From positions 1 to 20,388 of the forward strand of contig JBHHYI010000071.1 in assembly GCA_046757525.1 (NCBI GenBank): a stretch of DNA of 20,388 nucleotides. Direction: 5' to 3'. The position numbers and the translations under genes were made by a program. The notes beneath the pieces were generated by a model, which was not told the origin of the DNA, ran no database searches, and saw nothing but the letters and a program-made list of their open reading frames with translations. Every line of letters starts with the position of its first letter. The stretch's first letter is position 1. This DNA is from a bacterium (GTDB lineage Bacteria; Zhuqueibacterota; Zhuqueibacteria; Oceanimicrobiales; Oceanimicrobiaceae). Positions 1 to 7,527 of this stretch are shown here, piece by piece.

Positions 1-42
1 ATAGTTTCTGAAATTTACGACTTTTAGTTTTTCAAGGAACAT
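1..42 (-). CDS. recF: DNA replication/repair protein RecF, N-terminal fragment (runs off the window edge)
   Basis: Manual translation from ATG at 42 on the minus strand gives MFLEKLKVVNFRNY, matching the RecF N-terminal 'L..L...NFRNY' signature. It lies 36 nt downstream of dnaN, in the canonical dnaA-dnaN-recF order. Not in the ORF track. Confidence 0.85.
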   Translation of the reverse strand, partial: MFLEKLKVVNFRNY

Positions 43-78
43 TTCAGTCGGGCGCCTGACCGATATTGGGCTTATGCA

Positions 79-1197
79 CTACTCGTCATTTAACCGAATG
101 GGCATCAATAACATTAACACTTCTTCGTTTTCCTTTTGCAGAACCGGTGTAATGATTCCTGCACTGGTCGAGTCTTTCAATTTAAAAATCACCTCATCCG
201 AATCCAGATGCCGTAACACATCTAAGACATAGTTGGCGTTGTAACCGATCTCAACATCGTCACCTTGATATTCCGCGACGATTTCCTCCCTGGCTTCGCC
301 ACCAAACTCGATGTCCTCTGATTGAATCTTGACTAAATTTGCAGAAATAGAAAAACGAATCTGGTGGGTGATTGAATTGGAAAAAATTGCTACGCGTCGG
401 ACAGAGGAACTGAGCAGCTCTTTGTTCACGACGAGATTTCTGTCGTTGTCCACGGGGATGACGCGCTCATAATTTGGAAACTGTCCTTCGATGCTTTTGC
501 TAAAAATTGTTGTATTGTTCAAATTAAAAACGATATGGTCGTCGCCGATTTCTACTTTTACATCCTCCCTGTCCGGATTATTCTTTAGCATTAAGTTCAA
601 AGCCTTGGTAGGAACTATGGTCTCTATTTGAAAATCTGGAGAGTGAAAATCTGTGTTGACTATCTTGACGAGTCGGTGGCCATCGGTAGAAACCATTCTC
701 AAGTCGCTTTCGGTGATTTGCAGCAGCACACCCATCAAAGTGGTGCGCAGTTCATCGGCGGAGACCGCGAAAATAGTCTTTTCAATCATGCGCGCCAATC
801 GCTCACCAGAAATGGTAAAATAACCCAAGGTCTTTTCCATGGATATTTTTGGAAAATCGTCGTGCGGTTCACCGGCAATCCGATAAAGGCCTTTCTCGGT
901 GGAAAGCGTTACCTTGTTTTCTTCGTCAACCTGCAACTCCATGGGAATGTCTGGTAGCTCTCTAACGATTTCATACAGAACCTTTGCCGGGATGGCTACC
1001 GCCCCACTGACCTCACCCTGGACAGTTATTTTGGTGGAGATCGAAACCTCTAAATCCGTCCCTGTCAAAGTCAACTGGTTGTTTTCTAAATCAAGCAGAA
1101 TATCGCTGAGAATGGGCACCGTGGTTTTCAACGGAACAACCCCAATGATACTCTGCAGCGCCTGGTAGAATTCTTTCCTGTTTACTTTGAATTTCAT
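79..1197 (-). CDS. dnaN: DNA polymerase III beta subunit (sliding clamp)
   Basis: Motifs GTDLEVSI, STDGHRL, GQFPNYERVIP, IGYNANYVLDVL and C-terminal LLMPIRL. Start moved from the track's GTG (1209) to ATG 1197 because a GGAGG Shine-Dalgarno (CCTCC at 1203-1207 on +) precedes it. Confidence 0.98.
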   Translation of the reverse strand: MKFKVNRKEFYQALQSIIGVVPLKTTVPILSDILLDLENNQLTLTGTDLEVSISTKITVQGEVSGAVAIPAKVLYEIVRELPDIPMELQVDEENKVTLSTEKGLYRIAGEPHDDFPKISMEKTLGYFTISGERLARMIEKTIFAVSADELRTTLMGVLLQITESDLRMVSTDGHRLVKIVNTDFHSPDFQIETIVPTKALNLMLKNNPDREDVKVEIGDDHIVFNLNNTTIFSKSIEGQFPNYERVIPVDNDRNLVVNKELLSSSVRRVAIFSNSITHQIRFSISANLVKIQSEDIEFGGEAREEIVAEYQGDDVEIGYNANYVLDVLRHLDSDEVIFKLKDSTSAGIITPVLQKENEEVLMLLMPIRLNDE

Positions 1198-1211
1198 AAA
1201 TGCCTCCACCC

Positions 1212-1287
1212 AAAAATAGGTACTAATGCAAATTATAAAAATTTACTAAATACATATATATTTATCAAGATAAATTTTATTTATAGT
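1212..1287. other. AT-rich DNA-unwinding element (DUE)
   Basis: Almost pure A/T run (e.g. AAATTATAAAAATTTACTAAATACATATATATTTATCAAGATAAATTTTATTTATA) directly beside the trio repeats and DnaA boxes. Confidence 0.75.
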
Positions 1288-1302
1288 TAGTTGTTGTAGT
1301 AG
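1284..1302 (+). repeat. DnaA-trio-like trinucleotide array
   Basis: TAG-T-TAG-TTG-TTG-TAG-TAG (3'-GAT-5' type repeats), ending 4 nt from a DnaA box, as in the B. subtilis basal unwinding system. Confidence 0.75.
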
Positions 1303-1306
1303 GTTG

Positions 1307-1323
1307 TGTGGATATGTTGATAA
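1307..1323 (-). promoter_or_regulatory. Tandem DnaA boxes overlapping by 1 nt, adjacent to the DnaA-trios
   Basis: TGTGGATAT (1307-1315) and TGTTGATAA (1315-1323), each one mismatch from TGTGGATAA. Confidence 0.85.
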
Positions 1324-1390
1324 GTATCTCGTCAATGTTACAAGTTGTTTATTTTTAATGATGATTTAATACTTAAGAAATTCGTGTTGG

Positions 1391-1535
1391 TGTGGATAGG
1401 CAGTGACAAAGATGTTGATAAAGGTAGTGATTTGATCCGGAGTCGTTGTGTTGCAAAATAATTGACGTCGGTCTCTCGTTTATCCACATCCTATCAAGGC
1501 CAAATGTGTGGTTATTCACATGCCGATGTTGACAA
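1391..1535. promoter_or_regulatory. Distal DnaA-box cluster of oriC
   Basis: TGTGGATAG 1391-1399, TGTTGATAA 1413-1421, perfect TTATCCACA 1480-1488, TTATTCACA 1512-1520, and a weaker TGTTGACAA 1527-1535. Confidence 0.8.
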
Positions 1536-1536
1536 A

Positions 1537-2886
1537 TCATACGGCCGACATTTCTATTTTTTTTCTCAACACGTCGATGTCTTCGCGGAGCTTAATATCC
1601 TTTTTTATTTGGAGTTCGATGCATTGAATAGCATGAATAACAGTGCTGTGATCTCTGCCGCCAAAGTGGAGACCAATGGTTTTCAGCGAGTATTTGGTTA
1701 GCTCCTTGGCCAGGTACATGGCTATTTGGCGGACGTAGGCGATCTCTTTTTTTCTGGTTTTGGCACGGAGCATGTCATCGGGGATCTCATAATGATCGCT
1801 AACGATTCTTTGTATTTCTTCGATCAGGATATTCTTTTTCTTTGCTAAGCTCAGGTTTTTTAAGACGTCTTTTGCCAAAGCAAGTGAGATATCCTTGCCG
1901 TTTAAAGAAGAATAGGCCAGTAACCTGATCAAGGCGCCTTCCAGCTCCCGGATGTTGGACTTGATGTTTGTGGCGATGAATTCGATGATTTCACCGGGGA
2001 GGTTTATCGCGTTTTCATCTGCTTTTTGCTGCAGAATTGCAATGCGGGTTTCAAGGTCTGGCTGTTGAATATCGGCAACCAGACCCCACTGAAAGCGAGA
2101 AAGCAAACGGTCCTCTACCCCGACGAGCTCCTTGGGTGGTCTGTCGGAGGTCAGGACAATCTGTTTGCCAGTGTTGTGCAAGGCGTTGAATGTGTGAAAG
2201 AACTCTTCCTGAGTTCTCTCCTTATTGGTGAAAAACTGAATGTCGTCTACCAGGAGCAAATCCACATTGCGGTAAATAGAGCTAAATTCAGGCGTTTTGT
2301 TGTTTTGAATGGAATTGATGAATTCGATGGTGAATCTCTCGCTGTCGACATACAAGACGCTACGTGCGGTTCGTTGCGACAACGAGAAATTTCCAATGGC
2401 TTGGACTAAATGCGTCTTGCCCAGGCCAACGCCGCCATAAATAACCAGGGGATTAAAGGTGGTGTTGCCCGGATCTTCTGCCACCGCCAGTGACGCGGCA
2501 CGGGCAAATTGGTTGTTGGAACCTTCTACAAAATTGTCAAAAGTGTAGCGTGGATTCAAATTGCTGTTCTTGTCGGGTCTTTTGATGCGGTCATGTTGAT
2601 TGATCGAAGGGATATTCAATAGTTCATTGTTGCCGTTGACCAGGACGGAGTAAGTCAGTTTGGCGTTTTCCCCCAGGACCTGTAACAGAGCCTGATTGAT
2701 GAGGGTGCTGTAGTGTCCTTCCAACCACTCGTAAAAAAATTGGCTAGGCACTTCAATGGTGAGGTTTTGCTGCACGAGGTTGACAGCTTTGGTGGGCTTG
2801 AACCAGGTAGTGAAGCTTTGTGGATTTATGCTTTCTTTGATAATTGAAAGACACTCTTTCCAAGCGGATGCATAATGTAATGACAT
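1537..2886 (-). CDS. dnaA: Chromosomal replication initiator protein DnaA
   Basis: LNPRYTFDNFVEG, Walker A GGVGLGKT, Walker B LLVDDIQF, RLLSRFQWGL, NIRELEGAL, domain IV GGRDHSTVIHA. Confidence 0.99.
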   Translation of the reverse strand: MSLHYASAWKECLSIIKESINPQSFTTWFKPTKAVNLVQQNLTIEVPSQFFYEWLEGHYSTLINQALLQVLGENAKLTYSVLVNGNNELLNIPSINQHDRIKRPDKNSNLNPRYTFDNFVEGSNNQFARAASLAVAEDPGNTTFNPLVIYGGVGLGKTHLVQAIGNFSLSQRTARSVLYVDSERFTIEFINSIQNNKTPEFSSIYRNVDLLLVDDIQFFTNKERTQEEFFHTFNALHNTGKQIVLTSDRPPKELVGVEDRLLSRFQWGLVADIQQPDLETRIAILQQKADENAINLPGEIIEFIATNIKSNIRELEGALIRLLAYSSLNGKDISLALAKDVLKNLSLAKKKNILIEEIQRIVSDHYEIPDDMLRAKTRKKEIAYVRQIAMYLAKELTKYSLKTIGLHFGGRDHSTVIHAIQCIELQIKKDIKLREDIDVLRKKIEMSAV

Positions 2887-3003
2887 TGAACCAACCCTCT
2901 CATCTTAAAATTATAATTCTTGAAGAATAATAAATTGAAAATTTTAAAAGAGAGCACTTGGATTTCCCCTCCTCCTAAGAGACTCTTTTAATTTAAATTA
3001 CAC

Positions 3004-3168
3004 TTATTAACAAGTTATTAACAAGACATATAACAACCTAAGTTTTTAATTATTAATTAGCTAAAAAAACATCCACAGGGTTAATTAACCGAGATTACAA
3101 CAGCCAGCCGTAGCTTAAAAATCTATTGAATTAAATTAAAAATTGTTAACTTTGAAAAGTTATCCACA
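3004..3168 (+). promoter_or_regulatory. DnaA-box cluster upstream of dnaA (autoregulation and/or second oriC part)
   Basis: TTATTAACA at 3004-3012 and 3015-3023 (TTATTAACAAG x2), degenerate CATATAACA 3027-3035, ACATCCACA 3069-3077, and perfect TTATCCACA 3160-3168. Confidence 0.75.
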
Positions 3169-3206
3169 ATTTTTAATGGTGATCTTTTCGAAGGTAGGAT
3201 GCGTAA

Positions 3207-3234
3207 AAGTTAAGAAAAAGGACTTAAATGTCAA
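3207..3234 (-). promoter_or_regulatory. Putative sigma70 promoter for dnaA
   Basis: Minus-strand TTGACA (3234-3229), 16-nt spacer, TAACTT (3212-3207). The perfect DnaA box at 3160-3168 lies just downstream. Confidence 0.55.
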
Positions 3235-3354
3235 GAGAAAAGATCGATTAATTTTGAGAACTTTTTCCCCGATGGGTTGGGATATATGTGTGCGAACGTG
3301 GAGGTAAATTGGGTTTCTTAGGGAAATCGCGTGTTGCTAAGTTCGAGAATTTTC

Positions 3355-3383
3355 TTGACATTTGTTTTAAGAATTAATATGTT
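3355..3383 (+). promoter_or_regulatory. Putative sigma70 promoter for the rpmH operon
   Basis: TTGACA (3355-3360), 17-nt spacer, TATGTT (3378-3383), 49 nt upstream of the rpmH ATG. Confidence 0.65.
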
Positions 3384-3432
3384 AAAAGGTTTTATTGGTA
3401 AACAAAGTGCAAACTAAAAAGGGAAGTAGACC

Positions 3433-3576
3433 ATGAAGCGAACATATCAACCACACAATAGAAAGCGATTGAACAAGCACGGGTTCAGGGCTCGGATGAA
3501 GACGAAGGCTGGCCGAGCCGTCATCAGCAATAGACGCGCCAAAGGCAGAAAACGTTTAACCGTGAGTGATGAGTAG
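3433..3576 (+). CDS. rpmH: 50S ribosomal protein L34 (bL34), 47 aa
   Basis: Manual translation [47 protein letters not shown]. Clear L34 signature and canonical position; below the ORF-track length cutoff. Confidence 0.98.
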   Translation: MKRTYQPHNRKRLNKHGFRARMKTKAGRAVISNRRAKGRKRLTVSDE

Positions 3577-3898
3577 GGCTCGGCTTCCGAAAGAAAAGGT
3601 TGTTAGAAAGGCGACTGTATTTAACGACATTTTTGAAAAAGGAAACAAGCGGAATTCCAAGAACATGTTTGTCATGATGTTAGACGCCCCTACTTTTGCA
3701 ATTGGATTTGCTGTTTCTACCAAGATTAGAGGCGCAGTGAAACGGAATCGCGCAAAGCGTTTGTTGCGAGAGGTATTTAGATTAAACCAGGAATCCTTGC
3801 CCACAAAAAAGATGATGGTCCTTGTAGCGAAACCAGGGATTTTGAGGGCTGAATTCGGGGCGTTGCAGAAAGAATTCAAACTGCTCATGGAAGCGTAA
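3569..3898 (+). CDS. rnpA: Ribonuclease P protein component
   Basis: [22 protein letters not shown] (RNR motif). Follows rpmH with an 8-nt overlap; alternative GTG start at 3566. Confidence 0.93.
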   Translation: MSRARLPKEKVVRKATVFNDIFEKGNKRNSKNMFVMMLDAPTFAIGFAVSTKIRGAVKRNRAKRLLREVFRLNQESLPTKKMMVLVAKPGILRAEFGALQKEFKLLMEA

Positions 3899-3902
3899 AT
3901 CG

Positions 3903-4112
3903 ATGAAGCACATAGCAATTGCTTTGGTCAAACTGTATCAAGTTTTTATTTCTCCTCTATTTCCTCCATCTTGCAGGTTTTATCCGAGTTGCTCTGAGTA
4001 CGCGGTGCAATCGATTAAGAAGTTTGGGCTTCTCAAGGGCGTGTGGTATACTGCCAAACGCATTTCAAAATGCCATCCTTTTCATCCTGGAGGGTATGAT
4101 CCAGTAAAATAA
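3903..4112 (+). CDS. yidD: Membrane protein insertion efficiency factor YidD
   Basis: YQ..ISP...[12 protein letters not shown] and [16 protein letters not shown] motifs; lies between rnpA and yidC. Confidence 0.97.
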   Translation: MKHIAIALVKLYQVFISPLFPPSCRFYPSCSEYAVQSIKKFGLLKGVWYTAKRISKCHPFHPGGYDPVK

Positions 4113-4149
4113 TTTCTTATGGCATTCATTTTACCAATTTTAATTTAGC

Positions 4150-5976
4150 ATGGATTTTGACAAGAAGACGGTTCTGGCCTTTTTAATCATAGGCTTAATC
4201 CTGGTTTTTACGCAAACGAATCTTTACAAGAAATGGGCTTTTCCCAATATGGGAAAGGAGACGACGCCAGCGGTGCAACCTGCACCTCAGGATTTGGATC
4301 TCAACAAAAGATCGCAGAGCTCGGAGGCCGAGGAACCCGAACCCCCTGCGCCAGAGAAAAACCAGGAGGTGGTCGCCGCCCCGGAAGAGAGCATTGAGGA
4401 AGCGACAGGTGGAAAATATAGCGAACTGGTGGGACCGGGCGAGACGGTTTCCATTGTGACGGATTTGTACCACGCGGAATTCTCAACCCAGGGTGCTACC
4501 CTGCGGTCGTGGACCTTGAATCGTTACCTGGACGCAGATAGCCAGTACGTTCAGTTGGTCGGTGGCGACGGGCAAGGCAACTTTGCTTTGCTGCTGCCGA
4601 CTTTTGAAGATACGATCGATACCAGTCCTTTCGTTTTTTCCGTGGACAAAAAGAGGGTGGTATTGAGTGAAAAGCATCCGATCGATGAGGTCGAGTTCAC
4701 CTTAGATCTGGGGCCAGGCAAAGCTATAGTCAAAAAATTCACCTTTTATTATGACCAATATTCCATCGACTTTGATGTGAGATTCAGGAATATTGACGAG
4801 GTTGAGGGCTTTTCTTATTTTGTAACTTGGCGTTCCGGATTGGAGTCTACAGAACCCGACTTTAAAGATGACATGAGCCATGCCAACATCTACGCGCTGC
4901 AAGGAGGGGACGTAGAAAAATTCGATGTCAAAAACAAATTCAAACGGAAGGACTGGGACAACCCCACAGATTGGATTGCCATAAGAACTAAGTATTTTAC
5001 CACGGTGCTGATCCCAAAGAGCGATAAAGCCCAGGCTGTGTGGAACCTTTACGGGGAATTGGTGCCGGGAGGCGAAGGCCTTGTCTGGAAAAAGTACGGA
5101 TACGATTTACAGATGCCCTTTTATGAACAAGCGAAGAGTTCTGGCAGATTTATCGTTTACCTGGGACCCCTGGATTACGACATTCTCAAGAGTTATCATG
5201 TGGGCCTGGAAAAGATGATGGATTTTGGTTGGTTGATTTTCCGCCCGTTTGCCAAATTTGTGCTCTGGAGTTTCAAGGCTCTGAGCAAAGTTATTCCAAA
5301 TTATGGCTTTGTAATCATCATTTTTTCCATCCTGATCAAATTGGGTCTGTTTCCTTTGACTCGCAAGAGCTACAAATCCATGAAGGCGATGCAGGCTTTG
5401 CAGCCATTGATGCAGGAGATCAACGAAAAGTACAAGGAGGATCCCCAGAAGAAACAGGCGGCGCTGATGAATCTGTACAAGGAACATGGCGTCAATCCTT
5501 TGGGGGGCTGTATTCCCATGCTATTACAGATGCCTCTGTTGTACGGTCTTTTCAGTGTGTTCAGGTCTACCATTGAGCTGCGGGGTGCTCCGTTCATTTG
5601 GTGGATCAAGGATTTGTCCAGACCGGATACCATCGCCACCCTTCCTTTTACTCTACCGCTGTACGGGAACACCGTCAATGTGCTGCCATTGTTTATGGGG
5701 ATCACCATGTTCATTCAGCAAAAGATTTCGGTAACGGATCCGAAGCAAAAAGCCATGGTCTATTTCATGCCCATATTTTTTACCTTGCTTTTTAATAGCT
5801 TTCCATCTGGGCTAAATCTTTATTATGCTTTGTTTAACTTATTCACGATTTTACAGGAAAAACTCTTACCCTACACGCCCCCTGGGCCTGAAGCCCTGAA
5901 GAAGGGAAAGCTAAGCGCTAAGAAAAATAGTAAATTAACTAAGTACGAAAAGTGGAAAAAGCTCAAGAGATCATAG
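4150..5976 (+). CDS. yidC: Membrane protein insertase YidC (Gram-negative type with large periplasmic domain)
   Basis: N-terminal TM anchor, large periplasmic domain, DFGW, NYGFVIIIFSILIK, NPLGGCIPMLLQMP, WIKDLSRPD, PSGLNLYY. Confidence 0.98.
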   Translation: MDFDKKTVLAFLIIGLILVFTQTNLYKKWAFPNMGKETTPAVQPAPQDLDLNKRSQSSEAEEPEPPAPEKNQEVVAAPEESIEEATGGKYSELVGPGETVSIVTDLYHAEFSTQGATLRSWTLNRYLDADSQYVQLVGGDGQGNFALLLPTFEDTIDTSPFVFSVDKKRVVLSEKHPIDEVEFTLDLGPGKAIVKKFTFYYDQYSIDFDVRFRNIDEVEGFSYFVTWRSGLESTEPDFKDDMSHANIYALQGGDVEKFDVKNKFKRKDWDNPTDWIAIRTKYFTTVLIPKSDKAQAVWNLYGELVPGGEGLVWKKYGYDLQMPFYEQAKSSGRFIVYLGPLDYDILKSYHVGLEKMMDFGWLIFRPFAKFVLWSFKALSKVIPNYGFVIIIFSILIKLGLFPLTRKSYKSMKAMQALQPLMQEINEKYKEDPQKKQAALMNLYKEHGVNPLGGCIPMLLQMPLLYGLFSVFRSTIELRGAPFIWWIKDLSRPDTIATLPFTLPLYGNTVNVLPLFMGITMFIQQKISVTDPKQKAMVYFMPIFFTLLFNSFPSGLNLYYALFNLFTILQEKLLPYTPPGPEALKKGKLSAKKNSKLTKYEKWKKLKRS

Positions 5977-6013
5977 TTAAGTTACTTGGATTATTTGCTT
6001 TGAGTTGTCTTCA

Positions 6014-6044
6014 AGCCCTACCAGCAGAGTGGGGCTATTTTGTT
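6014..6044 (+). terminator. Putative (possibly leaky) intrinsic terminator after yidC
   Basis: 8-bp stem AGCCCTAC/GTGGGGCT (one G-U pair), 7-nt loop, followed by ATTTTGTT. Confidence 0.5.
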
Positions 6045-6063
6045 CAGACTGTTGGATGAAAGG

Positions 6064-7491
6064 ATGGACTGGGAAGAGGACACGATTGCAGCGATTTCCA
6101 CGCCGCACGGGACCGGGGGGCTCGCGGTTGTTCGGGTAAGCGGTTCCCAGGCCATTAGCATCGTGGACAAACTGTTTCAAGGAAAGGTCCGTTTGGCTGT
6201 GGCTAAGTCTCATAACGCCCTTTTGGGAAAAGTGGTATCTCCTTCTCATGAGAAAAAACAAACGCAAGCGGATTTTTGGGATGAAGTGGTGGTGGTTGTT
6301 TTCCGGGCACCAAAGTCGTACACCCGCGAGGACGTGGTGGAAATTAGCTGTCACGGCGGGCAATTGATAAGCCAAAGAATTCTGGAATTGCTGCTGGATC
6401 AGGGTGCCAGATTGGCCCGGCCCGGCGAGTTCACACAAAGAGCGTTTCTAAATGGGCGTTTAGACCTCTCCCAGGCAGAAGCTGTCGCTGACATGATCCG
6501 GGCGAAAACGGATTTGAGTTTGCGTGCCGCACAGTCGCAGTTTCAGGGAGCGCTGTCCAGTCACGTGCAGACGATGCGACAAAATCTGATAGACTTATGT
6601 TCCCTCTTGGAGCTCGAGTTGGATTTTGCGGAGGAGGATGTGGAGTTTGCCGATCGACAAGAAGTCGAAGAGAGACTACGAGAAGCCATTAACCAGATCA
6701 AAGACTTGGTTTCCACTTACCAAAGGGGTAGGATTCTTAGAGAGGGGGTCAAACTGGTCATTGTAGGAAAGCCGAATGTTGGCAAGTCGAGTTTGCTCAA
6801 TGCCCTGTTACAGGAAGAGCGGGCGATTGTTACGGAAGTGCCCGGTACCACGCGTGATGTTTTAGAGGAACAATTAGACATCGACGGAGTCTATTTCAGG
6901 GTGGTGGACACAGCCGGGGTTCGGGACGCAGGGGACATGGTAGAGCGGGAAGGGGTGCGCAGAACCCTGGATCAAATCAAAGGGGCTGACGTGCTATTGC
7001 TGCTTTTTGACGGCTCAGAGCCGTTGGACGCGAGAGATTGCAAGCTGGTGAAGCGGGTACGGCGTTTGCGGGCACAAGAGTCGTCCAACACAGATGGGTT
7101 TCTCGCAGCAATCAATAAAATAGACCTGGAGCGGCGCCTGGACAAGGATTTGTTGCGGGAGCACCTGGGGCCGGTTCCAATTTTGGAAATATCAGCGAAA
7201 CAGCGCTTGGGTTTCAAGAACCTGGAAAAGAAGCTAATTGCTCTGTCGTTGGGAGGTGAGACCGCTTCCTGGACAGAAGCGCTGATCTCCAACCTGCGAC
7301 AAAAAAAGGCCTTAACGCAGGCGCTGGATTGTTTGCAGAGAGCCCGGGAAGCTTTAACCCGTGGCCTTTCCAGTGAGTTTGTCGCAGTTGACTTGCGTGC
7401 TGCCCTTGATTCTTTGGGCGAAGTGATTGGCGAAGTCACCAGTGAGGACATCCTGGGAAATATTTTCTCCAAGTTTTGCGTGGGTAAATAA
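6064..7491 (+). CDS. mnmE: tRNA modification GTPase MnmE (TrmE)
   Basis: DTIAAIST, APKSYTREDVVEISCHGG, GEFTQRAFLNGRLDL, G1 GKPNVGKS, GTTRD, DTAG, NKID, C-terminal FCVGK. ATG 6064 preferred over the track's TTG 6040, which lies in the terminator U-tract. Confidence 0.98.
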   Translation: MDWEEDTIAAISTPHGTGGLAVVRVSGSQAISIVDKLFQGKVRLAVAKSHNALLGKVVSPSHEKKQTQADFWDEVVVVVFRAPKSYTREDVVEISCHGGQLISQRILELLLDQGARLARPGEFTQRAFLNGRLDLSQAEAVADMIRAKTDLSLRAAQSQFQGALSSHVQTMRQNLIDLCSLLELELDFAEEDVEFADRQEVEERLREAINQIKDLVSTYQRGRILREGVKLVIVGKPNVGKSSLLNALLQEERAIVTEVPGTTRDVLEEQLDIDGVYFRVVDTAGVRDAGDMVEREGVRRTLDQIKGADVLLLLFDGSEPLDARDCKLVKRVRRLRAQESSNTDGFLAAINKIDLERRLDKDLLREHLGPVPILEISAKQRLGFKNLEKKLIALSLGGETASWTEALISNLRQKKALTQALDCLQRAREALTRGLSSEFVAVDLRAALDSLGEVIGEVTSEDILGNIFSKFCVGK

Positions 7492-7492
7492 T

Positions 7493-7508
7493 CGTTTCAC
7501 GTGAAACA
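7493..7508. promoter_or_regulatory. parS: parS centromere-like site (15/16 match)
   Basis: CGTTTCACGTGAAACA versus consensus TGTTTCACGTGAAACA, one base after the mnmE stop codon. Confidence 0.9.
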
Positions 7509-7527
7509 TATTTTGGTCAAAAAGAAC

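Larger units (their letters stand above)
1198..1536. other. oriC: oriC, initiation/unwinding part (dnaA-dnaN intergenic region)
   Basis: 339-bp non-coding spacer containing an AT-rich tract (~1212-1287), TAG/TTG trinucleotide repeats and at least six DnaA-box matches. Position is typical of Firmicutes/Actinobacteria/Helicobacter-type origins. Confidence 0.9.

Noticed and set aside
46..62. Small GC hairpin between dnaN and recF
   Set aside because: Only a 5-6-bp stem with no U-tract; within chance expectation.
1462..1701. 79-aa plus-strand ORF across oriC and the dnaA 3' end
   Set aside because: TTG start, runs through DnaA boxes, antisense to dnaA, no protein-like motifs.
1198..3432. Dam/SeqA-type GATC clustering at the origin
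   Set aside because: I find only one GATC in the dnaA-dnaN spacer (1434) and two upstream of dnaA (3181, 3242); no enrichment.
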